64,000 bases of DNA from an uncultured Alphaproteobacteria bacterium (GCA_902523675.1 CABZAL010000005.1:6867-70866); one strand, 5' to 3'; numbered from the stretch's first letter, positions 7,423 to 16,997 are shown. Numbers and translations are program-made. Notes: generated from the sequence alone by a model not told the origin.

Positions 7423-8443
7423 ATTGCAAACCCAATATAATTTTAAAATCCTGTTTCATTTGGATTCTATTATATTTTTCATAAATAGGTTTAATTACTT
7501 CAATAGCAAATCTTTGATTTTTTAAAAAGCTATTCCTATTGATGAAATTAAATCCAAGTCCTAGCAGAACTTTAGTATAACCAATATTTCCAGCATCCAT
7601 TGCAGGGCTCATTCTTGAATTTAGTTGATCGTCTTGTCCTTTCATTTGGTTCAAGTTTTTAAAACTAATTTTAAGAGAGGAACTAAAAAAATGAATAAAA
7701 TTATAAGAAGTCCAAATATTTGTATCCAAAAAATTTCCATACTTATAACCATATTTATTGCTATCTCCTGGTCTAAATTTGAAGAAAAATTGTGCGCCAT
7801 ATTTTATTTTATCAATATTTTTTAATATATTTAGCAGAATGTAAGGATCGAAAGTCCCTGAACCATTCTGCATACTGTAACCCAACTTTTTATTGGAACC
7901 CATTGGGGTTTGATCCTTTTTGCTAATACTACCAGTTGGGAAACTCAAACCAAAACCTAGATGCATTTTCAGATTTTTATTATTTTTAATACCAAACATA
8001 CCACCCAATAAAAGATCCCCAAAACCATGCGAATTAATATTAAATCTTGCACCTCCAGACATTTTCATGCGTTGTTGTGTCATTTCTTTCTGTTGGTAAT
8101 TGCTCATTATTAAAAATGTAAAGTAATCAGATGGTGCGTACATCATACCAAACATATGCATTGACATATTCATTGATACTGGTGCGTTCATATATGATCC
8201 TTTATTGAAAGATGAACCATTTGGATTTATCATAGTATCCTCAATTGAAATTGAAGAAGTTCCATTATTTAACCCACTCATTACCATCGATGATAGCCTG
8301 TATGAGAACATGAATTCATTTTTTTTATGCATGTGATCACTCATTATGCTGATAGGGGCATGATCATCGGCAACAGTAATCTCATCCGAATGAGCATAAT
8401 AACAACTTGATAATATAAATAATGTAGTAATTCTCTTAAACAT
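7412..8443 (-). CDS. Met/His-rich outer-membrane 'transporter' (HAPIxxMxDHMH family), probable metal (Cu/Ni) uptake protein
   Basis: Signal peptide; DDHAPISIMSDHMHKKNEFMFSYR and MNMSMHMFGMMYAPSD motifs; G.GD and FPTGSI..MQNGSGT.D barrel-family motifs; C-terminal LGLQYAL. Confidence 0.7.
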   Translation of the reverse strand: MFKRITTLFILSSCYYAHSDEITVADDHAPISIMSDHMHKKNEFMFSYRLSSMVMSGLNNGTSSISIEDTMINPNGSSFNKGSYMNAPVSMNMSMHMFGMMYAPSDYFTFLIMSNYQQKEMTQQRMKMSGGARFNINSHGFGDLLLGGMFGIKNNKNLKMHLGFGLSFPTGSISKKDQTPMGSNKKLGYSMQNGSGTFDPYILLNILKNIDKIKYGAQFFFKFRPGDSNKYGYKYGNFLDTNIWTSYNFIHFFSSSLKISFKNLNQMKGQDDQLNSRMSPAMDAGNIGYTKVLLGLGFNFINRNSFLKNQRFAIEVIKPIYEKYNRIQMKQDFKIILGLQYAL

Positions 8444-8448
8444 AATGT

Positions 8449-8496
8449 TCCTTTCTAAAAAATTTTAAAATCTAAAGTAAAATTTTTTAGAAGGGA
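8449..8496 (-). promoter_or_regulatory. mRNA stem-loop sequestering the SD of the 7412-8443 gene
   Basis: 15-bp perfect inverted repeat (ttctaaaaaatttta / taaaattttttagaa) extended by two C-G pairs beyond one mismatch; the 3' arm contains AGAAAGGA just before the ATG, the 5' arm is the final codons and stop of the leader ORF. Confidence 0.75.
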
Positions 8497-8789
8497 GGAG
8501 ATTGAGATTTTTCAGGAATATTTAAAAAGAAGTTAGTTTTATTTTTCTTTTTTGATTTATCATCAATTTTAATAAATGTAACAAATATTATATTGGCAGA
8601 ATCTACAACATCATCATGAACTAGATCAAAACAATGTTCAAAACAATTATGTTTTGATGAATCTTCACTCGAAGAACATATGTCATAATTAATTTTATAA
8701 TAAAAATTTTGTAACTGGTTGCTAATAGCGATGTTAGAGCCAAGCAAAAAAAATAATATTATGGTTAAGAAGCTGCTATTTTTTTTCAT
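8487..8789 (-). CDS. CutF/CruR (DUF2946)-like secreted leader protein
   Basis: Signal peptide MKKNSSFLTIILFFLLGSNIAIS, HNCFEHC (CxxxC), C-terminal SQSPPF; lies directly upstream of a metal-transporter-like gene. Confidence 0.65.
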   Translation of the reverse strand: MKKNSSFLTIILFFLLGSNIAISNQLQNFYYKINYDICSSSEDSSKHNCFEHCFDLVHDDVVDSANIIFVTFIKIDDKSKKKNKTNFFLNIPEKSQSPPF

Positions 8790-9139
8790 TTTTTCCAATT
8801 CTTTAAATTACTAGTCACTGTTATATAAGGCAACTCAAATAATAAATTTTAACCAAACTGTTTTCTTAAAGAGAAGAAAAAACAAAAATTCAAAGAAAAT
8901 TTTTGTCATGTGTTTTTCAAAAAATGAGCATTATTTTTTGTGAATATATACTATTTAACAATCACTCCAAACTATGCAAATTAATTTGAGCAGAATAAAA
9001 TTTATGAAAAAAAAATATAGAAATCAACAATTACAAAATTTACAACTTAGTTGAAATAAATTCCAAAAATAAGGATTTTAGATATAATAGATACTATAAA
9101 TAAATTGGTTAAATTATTATAATTATAAAACAATTTAAA

Positions 9140-9898
9140 ATGAGATTTGAATTTGGAAAAAATTGGAAAAAATATTCAAGATTTATTGACAGTAAAAAAA
9201 TTGAAATTGGAAAGGAATCATTAAAAGAATATTTTAACATTGAGAACTTTGAAAACAAAACTTTTTTAGATGTAGGTTGTGGAAGTGGGCTTTTCTCGAT
9301 TTGTGCTACTTCTCTCGGAGCTGATGTAAGATCTTTTGATTACGATGCAGATTCCGTTGATTGTACAAAAAAAGTTTTTAAGACACACATTAAAAAAAAA
9401 GCATTAGTTGAAAAAGGAGATATTTTAGATAAGTCTTTTATTCAAAAACTCGGAAAATTCGACTATGTATATTCATGGGGTGTCCTTCATCATACAGGGA
9501 ATTTAAATACTGCAATGAAAAATATAGATATATTAGTTAAAAAAAAAGGAAAACTTTTTATCTCCATCTACAATAACCAAGGTGCAAAGTCAAAAGCTTG
9601 GGAAAAGATAAAACTTATATACAACAAGTTTTATTTTTTGAGGCCATTATTATTCATCATATTTTTTATTTTTATGAAGTTACCTGAAATTATTTACAAA
9701 ATCATTATAAAGAAAAAAGAATTAAGAGGAATGAATCCTTTCATTGATTTAATAGATTGGATAGGTGGTTATCCATTTGAAACAGCAAAACCAGAAGAAA
9801 TCTTCGATTTTTTTAGAAAGCTTGGGTATTCATTAGAAAAAATCAAAACTGTTAATGGAAAATCAGGTTGTAACGAATATGTTTTTATGAAAGGTTAG
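9140..9898 (+). CDS. Class I SAM-dependent methyltransferase (UbiG-like)
   Basis: RFEFGKNW, FLDVGCGSGLFS, YSWGVLHHTG, DWIGGYPFE motifs. Confidence 0.85.
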   Translation: MRFEFGKNWKKYSRFIDSKKIEIGKESLKEYFNIENFENKTFLDVGCGSGLFSICATSLGADVRSFDYDADSVDCTKKVFKTHIKKKALVEKGDILDKSFIQKLGKFDYVYSWGVLHHTGNLNTAMKNIDILVKKKGKLFISIYNNQGAKSKAWEKIKLIYNKFYFLRPLLFIIFFIFMKLPEIIYKIIIKKKELRGMNPFIDLIDWIGGYPFETAKPEEIFDFFRKLGYSLEKIKTVNGKSGCNEYVFMKG

Positions 9899-9909
9899 TT
9901 TTAAGTCAA

Positions 9910-10650
9910 ATGTTTAAAAAATTTAAAGAAAAATATATTAAAAATTCTCTCGCCTACAAATCATATAGGATTAAGAAATTTAAACCTTTCGTATCGTATT
10001 CTTCCTTTGGTGAAGAAATACTGGTAAATAGAATCTTTAAAAATAAAAAAAATGGATTTTTTGTTGATGTTGGAGCTTTTAATCCTGTTGTTGGTTCCTT
10101 GACAAAAATACTTTATGATAAAGGATGGAAAGGAATAAATTTAGATTTTTCTGAAACTAATATCAATTTGTTTAAAATTTTCAGAAAAAGAGATATTTCT
10201 ATTAAAACTGGAGTTTCAAATAAAAATATAGTTAAAAAATCTTTTTCTTTTGATCCTAGTTCAGGGACTAATACACTTAATAAGCAATACGCTGAAGGTT
10301 GGTCCAAAAAATTTTATAAAAATTATAAAATTGAAGATGTTAAGTGTAAAACTCTGAATACAATTCTTGAGGAAAATAATATTTGTAAAAATTTTGATTA
10401 TCTAAATATTGATGTTGAAGCCCACGACTACGAAGTTTTGCAAGGTATTAATCTGAACTTATTTAAGCCTAAGTTGATTACATGTGAAATAATAGGTGAT
10501 TTAAAAGAAATATCAAAAAAAAACACAAATATGTATTTTACAACTACTGAAGAGTTGATTGATTCAAAAATAAATAAATATTTAAGCAGATTTAAATATA
10601 AACTTGTGTCGCAATATTATTTAACTGCCTTCTTCATTAAAGAAATTTAA
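9910..10650 (+). CDS. FkbM family methyltransferase
   Basis: SYSSFGEE, GFFVDVGAF.P, GWKGINLD, LNIDVEAHDYEVLQG. Confidence 0.85.
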   Translation: MFKKFKEKYIKNSLAYKSYRIKKFKPFVSYSSFGEEILVNRIFKNKKNGFFVDVGAFNPVVGSLTKILYDKGWKGINLDFSETNINLFKIFRKRDISIKTGVSNKNIVKKSFSFDPSSGTNTLNKQYAEGWSKKFYKNYKIEDVKCKTLNTILEENNICKNFDYLNIDVEAHDYEVLQGINLNLFKPKLITCEIIGDLKEISKKNTNMYFTTTEELIDSKINKYLSRFKYKLVSQYYLTAFFIKEI

Positions 10651-10685
10651 ATTAAAAAAAAAATTGTAGTGTCGTTTTATTTATA

Positions 10686-10853
10686 ATGTTCCCATTATAT
10701 TTAAAAATATTTGTTTATTTCAACTTAGTAAGCATAGTTTCGGTTTGTTTGTTTCTTTTATTGTCAAAGCAAAAAGGAACTAAAATGCCTGAAAATTATA
10801 AAAAAAAATATGTTCTAAAAAAAAGTAACCCCCGTTTTAAACGGGGGTCCTGA
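10686..10853 (+). CDS. Possible 55-aa single-pass membrane peptide
   Basis: Manual translation MFPLYLKIFVYFNLVSIVSVCLFLLLSKQKGTKMPENYKKKYVLKKSNPRFKRGS*; no SD seen. Confidence 0.3.
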   Translation: MFPLYLKIFVYFNLVSIVSVCLFLLLSKQKGTKMPENYKKKYVLKKSNPRFKRGS

Positions 10854-10927
10854 TTTCGGGGAGGTAAATCATTAGAATAAATGTTTGTGTTTATGTTTGA
10901 TATTCAAATTTATTTTGATTATGTTAA
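10817..10927 (-). ncRNA. Candidate small RNA with anti-Shine-Dalgarno loop and intrinsic terminator (5' end uncertain)
   Basis: Minus strand UGAUUU-ACCUCCCCG-AAAUCA hairpin, then a GC-rich inverted repeat (10828-10848) and U8; no minus-strand gene upstream that needs this terminator. Confidence 0.5.
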
Positions 10928-11008
10928 ATATTCATTATATGAATTATTAATTAAACCTTAAATATTTTTAATTCATTATTACATATTATTAATTAAGCTT
11001 AGATTGTA

Positions 11009-11191
11009 ATGACAAAAAAATCCGAGAACAATTTATCATCTGAAATCAAAGATCTAAATAAAAAGATCGATGATCTTCAGAAATCTTTAGACTTGCTTAA
11101 TAAAAAACTCAGTGATCACATAAAGTTCATTGACAAAGTATATGAACCTTTACGCAACCCAATCTCAAAAATAAAAAACTTTTTTAATTGA
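11009..11191 (+). CDS. Small coiled-coil hypothetical protein
   Basis: ORF track; heptad-like L/I pattern; adjoins the next gene. Confidence 0.6.
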   Translation: MTKKSENNLSSEIKDLNKKIDDLQKSLDLLNKKLSDHIKFIDKVYEPLRNPISKIKNFFN

Positions 11192-11533
11192 TTGATGTTC
11201 AGTTTTTTTGTCAAAGTCCTAATATCAAGCATAATTATCTCATTTGCTAGTTGGTTATCTTTCAAAAAACCTCAAATTTCTGGATTTATAGTTGCATTAC
11301 CCCTCGTAAGCATAATTTCATTGGCTTTTTCTTTTCTTGAACATCAAGATAAAGATAAAACAATTTTATTTGCTAAAAGTATCGTTGTCGGAATACCTGC
11401 TTCATTGCTTTTTTTTGTACCCTTTTTTTTTTCTAAAATGTTAAATCTAAACTTTTGGACAACTTATATACTAGGTCTTATCTTTCTAGTGTTAGGTTTT
11501 TATATTCATAAATTCATAACACAATTTTTCTAG
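11192..11533 (+). CDS. DUF3147-like small membrane protein
   Basis: KVLISSIII...SGFIVALPLVSIISLAF...SLLFFVPF pattern, four hydrophobic segments. Confidence 0.65.
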   Translation: MMFSFFVKVLISSIIISFASWLSFKKPQISGFIVALPLVSIISLAFSFLEHQDKDKTILFAKSIVVGIPASLLFFVPFFFSKMLNLNFWTTYILGLIFLVLGFYIHKFITQFF

Positions 11534-11777
11534 AACCAAATGTAAAAAAATATGAATTTAATTAATTTTACTCTCTTTTAAGTTACAATATTAGGGGTTA
11601 AATTTTGATTATTAGCTATGTATGAATTTTTAAAAGTGATAAAATATTTTTTGCCTTTTGTTTTGATAATTTTTTTTTTTTTTATTCTTTTACATTTAAG
11701 TGTATTTTGAAACTTTTGAAGTTTTTAAAACTTTGTTATAGTGTTTATAATAAAATAGTTATTTACAGTTTTTTAGA

Positions 11778-12257
11778 ATGCAAAAAAATTTTATTGATTA
11801 TGGTGAAAGAATAAATAGTGCTTTACTGAGGGTAATTAAAGATATTTTATGTGATTTAAGTAAAGCAAAAATCTCTCCTAATCATTGTTTTTATATTACA
11901 TTTGACACAACACACCCTGATGTAGTGATTAGTTCAAAACTAAAAAGAGAATATCCAAAAGAGATCACGGTTGTAATTCAAAACCAATTTTGGGATCTTG
12001 AGGTTAAAAATGACAGTTTCGATGTAACTTTATCATTTAATAGAAAAAAAGAAATGCTAACCATCCCATTTGAAGCTATCAACAAATTTAATGATCCATT
12101 TGTAAAGTTTAGTCTTCAACTGGAATTTAGATCTAGAAAAAACTCAAAAATTAAGAAAACAAAAAAAAATGAAGCAAAGAAAACTATTAATAAAAAGCCA
12201 AACCAATCTGATAAAGTCATAAAATTGGACAAATTTAGAAAGAATAAAAATGAATAA
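11778..12257 (+). CDS. sspB: ClpXP protease specificity adaptor SspB (alphaproteobacterial type)
   Basis: HCFYITFDTTHPDV, YPKEITVVIQNQFWDL, LSFN, C-terminal VIKLDKFRK. Confidence 0.85.
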   Translation: MQKNFIDYGERINSALLRVIKDILCDLSKAKISPNHCFYITFDTTHPDVVISSKLKREYPKEITVVIQNQFWDLEVKNDSFDVTLSFNRKKEMLTIPFEAINKFNDPFVKFSLQLEFRSRKNSKIKKTKKNEAKKTINKKPNQSDKVIKLDKFRKNKNE

Positions 12258-13653
12258 AAAAAATTTTAGAGAAGAACAAGATAGTATTGGAAAAATAGAA
12301 GTTCCAATTGACAAATATTGGGGAGCTCAAACTCAAAGAAGTCTAATGAATTTTCAAATTGGCTCTGATTTAATGCCAAAAGAAATTATTAAGGCATTTG
12401 CAATTCAAAAAAAATCTGCAGCGATTAGCAACTTGGCATTAAATAATATTGAAGAAAGAATTGGTAATACAATTTTAGAGGTTTGTGACGAAATTATTGA
12501 GGGAAAGCTATTTGATCATTTTCCCTTGTCTGTATGGCAAACTGGCTCAGGAACTCAAACAAATATGAATTTGAATGAAGTTTTAGCAAATAGGGGTAAC
12601 GAAATTATGGGTAAAAAAATTGGAAAAAATCAACCTATTCATCCAAATGATCACTGTAACCTTGGACAATCATCAAATGATTCTTTTCCAACTGCTATGC
12701 ATATTGCAATAGTTATTGAAACTAATGAAAAGCTTTTACCTGTTGTTAATAAATTTGAAAAAACATTACAGAAAAAAGAAGATGAATATTCCAATATTGT
12801 AAAAATTGGAAGAACACACCTTCAAGATGCTGTTCCACTAACACTAGGGCAAGAATTAAGCTCTTTTAAAGAACAAATTAGAAAATGTAAGATAAGAATT
12901 AATTTAGCCATCAAAGAAATTTTATCAATCTCTCAAGGCGCAACTGCTGTGGGTACAGGGTTAAATACCTCTAAAAAATTTGTTATGGGGTTTGTAAGAG
13001 CTTTACAAGAAATTACATCTTATCCATTTGAATCAGCTGAAAATAAATTCGAATCAATTGCATCCCATGATTCTATTGTTAACTTTTCTGGAGCAATATG
13101 CTCGCTAACAACAGCTTGTTATAAGATTGCAAATGACATTAGATTATTAGCCTCTGGACCAAGATGTGGTATCAGCGAATTAATTTTACCAGCTAATGAA
13201 CCTGGGTCTTCAATTATGCCAGGAAAAGTAAACCCAACTCAGTCAGAAGCATTAATTCAAGTGTGCATTTATCTTTTGGGTTACAACAATTCTATAAGTT
13301 TCGCAGCAAGTCAAGGACATTTTCAATTAAATGCTAATAAAACTTTGATGGCTCATGTCATAATTAGATCGATAAATCTCATTAGCGACGCTATAGATTC
13401 TTTTGAAAAAAATTGCTTGAGTGGTATGAGGCCAAACTTAAAGATTATTGATGAAAATCTAAAGAAATCTCTAATGCTCGTGACAGCACTTAACCCGAAA
13501 TTAGGGTATGACAAATCAGCAAAAATCGCTAAAAAAGCTTTTGATGAAAATCTAACCCTTAAACAAGCAGCAGTTAAACTTGGTTATGTATCCGATAAAG
13601 AATTTGATGAATTTGTTAACCCGATAAATATGACCAAAAATTCTAGTCAATAA
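12250..13653 (+). CDS. fumC: Class II fumarate hydratase
   Basis: YWGAQTQRS, WQTGSGTQTNMN, GRTHLQDA, GSSIMPGKVNP. Confidence 0.97.
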   Translation: MNKKNFREEQDSIGKIEVPIDKYWGAQTQRSLMNFQIGSDLMPKEIIKAFAIQKKSAAISNLALNNIEERIGNTILEVCDEIIEGKLFDHFPLSVWQTGSGTQTNMNLNEVLANRGNEIMGKKIGKNQPIHPNDHCNLGQSSNDSFPTAMHIAIVIETNEKLLPVVNKFEKTLQKKEDEYSNIVKIGRTHLQDAVPLTLGQELSSFKEQIRKCKIRINLAIKEILSISQGATAVGTGLNTSKKFVMGFVRALQEITSYPFESAENKFESIASHDSIVNFSGAICSLTTACYKIANDIRLLASGPRCGISELILPANEPGSSIMPGKVNPTQSEALIQVCIYLLGYNNSISFAASQGHFQLNANKTLMAHVIIRSINLISDAIDSFEKNCLSGMRPNLKIIDENLKKSLMLVTALNPKLGYDKSAKIAKKAFDENLTLKQAAVKLGYVSDKEFDEFVNPINMTKNSSQ

Positions 13654-15289
13654 AAAATTCTAAGAAATTTTCAAAATTATCTAATTTTTCGTTATTTTTT
13701 TTTAATAATTTTTTTAAACTTTTTGAAATGAGATACTCTTTTAAATTTTTAAAATCATAAATATAATCAAAATCACTGGATAAGCCTTTAATATTAACGT
13801 TAAAAGACGGAAACTTTGGAAATTTTTTTGATTTTATTGTAATTTCGTTCGAAACATCAAACCTTTTGGTATTTAAAAAATATTTACCAGCTGAATAGAC
13901 AGTAATATGAGGGCTTTTAAAGGTAAGATTATCAAATTTCAATTCATTATTATTAATTCTAAAATTTGATTTGATTGAATCTATATTACTTTTTTGGTTT
14001 TTTTTTGATAGTTTAAAAATTTCAAAAATATCATTTATTCCAGTAAAATTGTCAATTTTTTTTGAAATTTCCTCTAAGTTTATACCATTCAAATCAGCGT
14101 TTTTAATTTCAAGTTTTCCCATAAGATTCAAATTACTAATTAATGATTGAAAATCATTCTTTAAAAGGATTGATTCAAAGGACGATGATAAGCTGTTTTT
14201 TCCTCCACTAATGTAATACTTTGTTTCTACAAAATGATTTGAAGGCAATGAAAAATCCTCAAGGAATAATACACCTTTTAAACGATTATCTAACTTTGAG
14301 TAATCTGCATTAAATTTTAAAACACCATCGAGATAACTGCTATTAAATTGTTCAATCCTCATAAAATTGTCACTAATAAATGAGTTGAAAGTTACATTTT
14401 TAAAAGTTTGGTTAGTAATTTTCAACTTTTCTATTTTTGCGTTTATATTAATTTTGAAAAAATCAGAAAAAGAATATTTTATTTTTTTTAAAAAATCTTT
14501 TTCTTTGCTTTTCTGCCTATTATTTTGGATTAGTTCTGAGATGTTAAGATTTTTACTTTGCAACAAGCCATTGAATTCAAATGTTCTTCCTTTAATAAAC
14601 AAAACTCCGTTTAAAAAAATTTTTTCTTTCTGATCTAATATTTTTTGTTCAATGCTCATACTTATTTCTTCATAATTTTGAGATTGAGAGATTGCTTTTA
14701 AAGAAAAATTCGAATTAAAATTCTTTAAAAAAAAATTACCGTTAATTTGTTGTCTTGAATTAACAAATGAGAAATTTACTTTTTCTAAATTTTGTTGTCC
14801 AGAATTTGTAAGTATACTTACTATCCCATTTTTAATTTCAATTTTTTCAAATATTCTTATGTGTTGATCTAGAAATTTAGAATTATTTCCTATGTTTACA
14901 TGCAAAAAATAATTATTGTGAATTACGGATTGATCAACTGTTTTAAAATCAAAAGAAACCATAGGATTAAGAAACTTTACATTTTTAAATTTTAAATCTC
15001 CACGCAAAAGATATATCCACTTGGAAGTGATTTGGGTATTAGCTACTTTTACTGACAAATTTTTATCAATAAATGATAGATTATTTAATACAACCTTAGG
15101 ATAAGGAAAAAAGGTTAAATCAATTTTATTGTCAAACCTTATATCTCCAGATATTTTGTTTGAAATATTGTCAGTTATTGAGTTCTTAAAACTCTCAGAA
15201 TCGAAAAAAAAAGAAAAATAAATTATTGGCAGAATTAAAATTGTTACCAAAAACAAAAAAAAAAAACGAATTATCTTCATTAAATTCAA
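13643..15289 (-). CDS. AsmA family protein
   Basis: N-terminal anchor, LTFFPYPKVVL, C-terminal NADLNGINL...FRINNNEL..SAG.Y AsmA-like region. Confidence 0.7.
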   Translation of the reverse strand: MNLMKIIRFFFLFLVTILILPIIYFSFFFDSESFKNSITDNISNKISGDIRFDNKIDLTFFPYPKVVLNNLSFIDKNLSVKVANTQITSKWIYLLRGDLKFKNVKFLNPMVSFDFKTVDQSVIHNNYFLHVNIGNNSKFLDQHIRIFEKIEIKNGIVSILTNSGQQNLEKVNFSFVNSRQQINGNFFLKNFNSNFSLKAISQSQNYEEISMSIEQKILDQKEKIFLNGVLFIKGRTFEFNGLLQSKNLNISELIQNNRQKSKEKDFLKKIKYSFSDFFKININAKIEKLKITNQTFKNVTFNSFISDNFMRIEQFNSSYLDGVLKFNADYSKLDNRLKGVLFLEDFSLPSNHFVETKYYISGGKNSLSSSFESILLKNDFQSLISNLNLMGKLEIKNADLNGINLEEISKKIDNFTGINDIFEIFKLSKKNQKSNIDSIKSNFRINNNELKFDNLTFKSPHITVYSAGKYFLNTKRFDVSNEITIKSKKFPKFPSFNVNIKGLSSDFDYIYDFKNLKEYLISKSLKKLLKKNNEKLDNFENFLEFFID

Positions 15290-15870
15290 TTACTTTTAAG
15301 ATATCTTGGTCTATGTGGTCCAGATAAAACAATAAATTTTTCATTTCCAGATTCGTCTCGAAAAGATAAAAAAGATGGAGTTTGATTTAAACCTCTCCAT
15401 ATTTCATAGACTTGGAAAGCTTGATTTTTGTGTCTTCTACCTAAGAACCAATCTTCACTTGCTACAACAACAGCAGCTACACCTCCCATGTGCTGAGTCT
15501 CAATAAAAGTTTCTATGCCAATAGCCTCCTCAATAGATTTACTCATTTCTTCTAATCTATCTGAAAAAATTTCAAAGGATTTCTTATAATCACTGTTTGC
15601 GGCAGAATCAAGAGGTTTAGTAACACCAAATTCTTCTTCCTTTACCCACCCATTGAGACCAGTTTTTTCATCAGTAACATTATACCAGCCGTTTTTCAGT
15701 TCAATAACTTTCATTTTGTGCCCTAGTTCAAGAGGATATATCATTGGTGAATTTGTTTCAGGATTCATGAAAAATTGTCCAATTTTTTTTTGGTTGAATA
15801 TCATTTCATTTGCATTAGTAATTGAATATAGAATAAAAACTTTAAAGAAAACAATTAAAAAAAATTTCAT
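15286..15870 (-). CDS. Secreted SH3b-domain protein
   Basis: Signal peptide; VIELKNGWYNV...GLNGWV SH3-like motif. Confidence 0.6.
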   Translation of the reverse strand: MKFFLIVFFKVFILYSITNANEMIFNQKKIGQFFMNPETNSPMIYPLELGHKMKVIELKNGWYNVTDEKTGLNGWVKEEEFGVTKPLDSAANSDYKKSFEIFSDRLEEMSKSIEEAIGIETFIETQHMGGVAAVVVASEDWFLGRRHKNQAFQVYEIWRGLNQTPSFLSFRDESGNEKFIVLSGPHRPRYLKSN

Positions 15871-15898
15871 AATAACCCTGTATTAATTTGTTAAACAC

Positions 15899-16633
15899 AT
15901 GTTAGAAAAAAAGTTTGTTCATACTTTCAAATCTAAGAATTTCGATAATAGGTCAAAAAAATCAAAAATCAAATATATTATACTTCATTACACTGAAACA
16001 AAAAATTTGAATGATGCTTTAAAACTTTTATGTTCAAAAAAAAGAAAGGTCAGTGCTCACTATGTTATAGATCTAGATGGAAAAATTTATATGTTAGTTG
16101 AGGATACTAAAAGAGCTTGGCACGCTGGTTTATCCTCATGGAAAAATGAAAAATATTTAAATGAAACATCAATAGGAATAGAAATCGTAAATGAAGGAGA
16201 GCAAAATAAAAAAAAATATCCAAAAATACAGATTAAATCAGTGATACTTTTGTTAAAATACCTGAAGAAAAAATTTCAAATTAAAAAACCTAATATCCTT
16301 GCTCATAGCGATATTGCGCCAACGAGAAAGATTGACCCAGGTGTTTTTTTTCCTTGGGAGGAACTGGCCAAGAATTCCTTATCAAATTTCTCAACAATTA
16401 AAAGTGAAAAAAATGATTTTGATATGCTTACACCCAAAGAACTTGTTTTTTTCTTTAATTGTTTAAAAATACTTGGATTCCATGAAACAGAAGTTAATGC
16501 TTCTTTTTCCAAAAATAAGTTAATTTCAAATGCTTTTCACAGACACTACTTTCCCCAGTTAGTAAATAAAAAACCTAGAAAGATTAGTGTAAGACTCATA
16601 AAAAAAATTATTAATTTGACAACAAATATTTAA
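15899..16633 (+). CDS. amiD: N-acetylmuramoyl-L-alanine amidase (Amidase_2, AmiD-like)
   Basis: ILHYT, VSAHYVI, RAWHAGLSSW, SIGIEIVN, HSDIAPTRKIDPG. Confidence 0.88.
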   Translation: MLEKKFVHTFKSKNFDNRSKKSKIKYIILHYTETKNLNDALKLLCSKKRKVSAHYVIDLDGKIYMLVEDTKRAWHAGLSSWKNEKYLNETSIGIEIVNEGEQNKKKYPKIQIKSVILLLKYLKKKFQIKKPNILAHSDIAPTRKIDPGVFFPWEELAKNSLSNFSTIKSEKNDFDMLTPKELVFFFNCLKILGFHETEVNASFSKNKLISNAFHRHYFPQLVNKKPRKISVRLIKKIINLTTNI

Positions 16634-16650
16634 TTTATCTATATAAATCT

Positions 16651-16997
16651 ACTAGATGATTGGATGGCTGCCTTTTTAAGGAGGAAAGTCCGGACTCCAC
16701 GGAGTTACAATGCCGGTTAACGGCCGGCGAGGGAAACTTTAGGGAAAGTGCCGCAGAAAATAAACCGCCTTTTGGGTAAGGGTGAAAAGGTGAGGTAAGA
16801 GCTCACCGCATTAATGGTAACATTAATGGCATGGTAAACCCCATTGGGAGCAAGTCTAAAAAAGCACGTTCATTAGATTGAAAAGCGATAACTCCTCGTG
16901 TGCATGGTAAGACGCTAGAAGTAGTTGGTAACAATTACTCAAGATGAATAGCCATTACTTTTTTAAAGAACAGAATCCGGCTTATAGATCATCTAGT
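16651..16997 (+). ncRNA. rnpB: RNase P RNA, class A
   Basis: GAGGAAAGTCCGGACTCC, GGAAAGTGCCGCAGAAA, GGTAAACCCC, ACAGAATCCGGCTTA; terminal P1 pairing actagatgat/atcatctagt. Confidence 0.97.

Noticed and set aside
10902-10929. Possible dif site (TTATGTTAAAT XerD-like arm)
   Set aside because: The XerC arm does not match and the motif is easily produced by chance in this AT-rich gap
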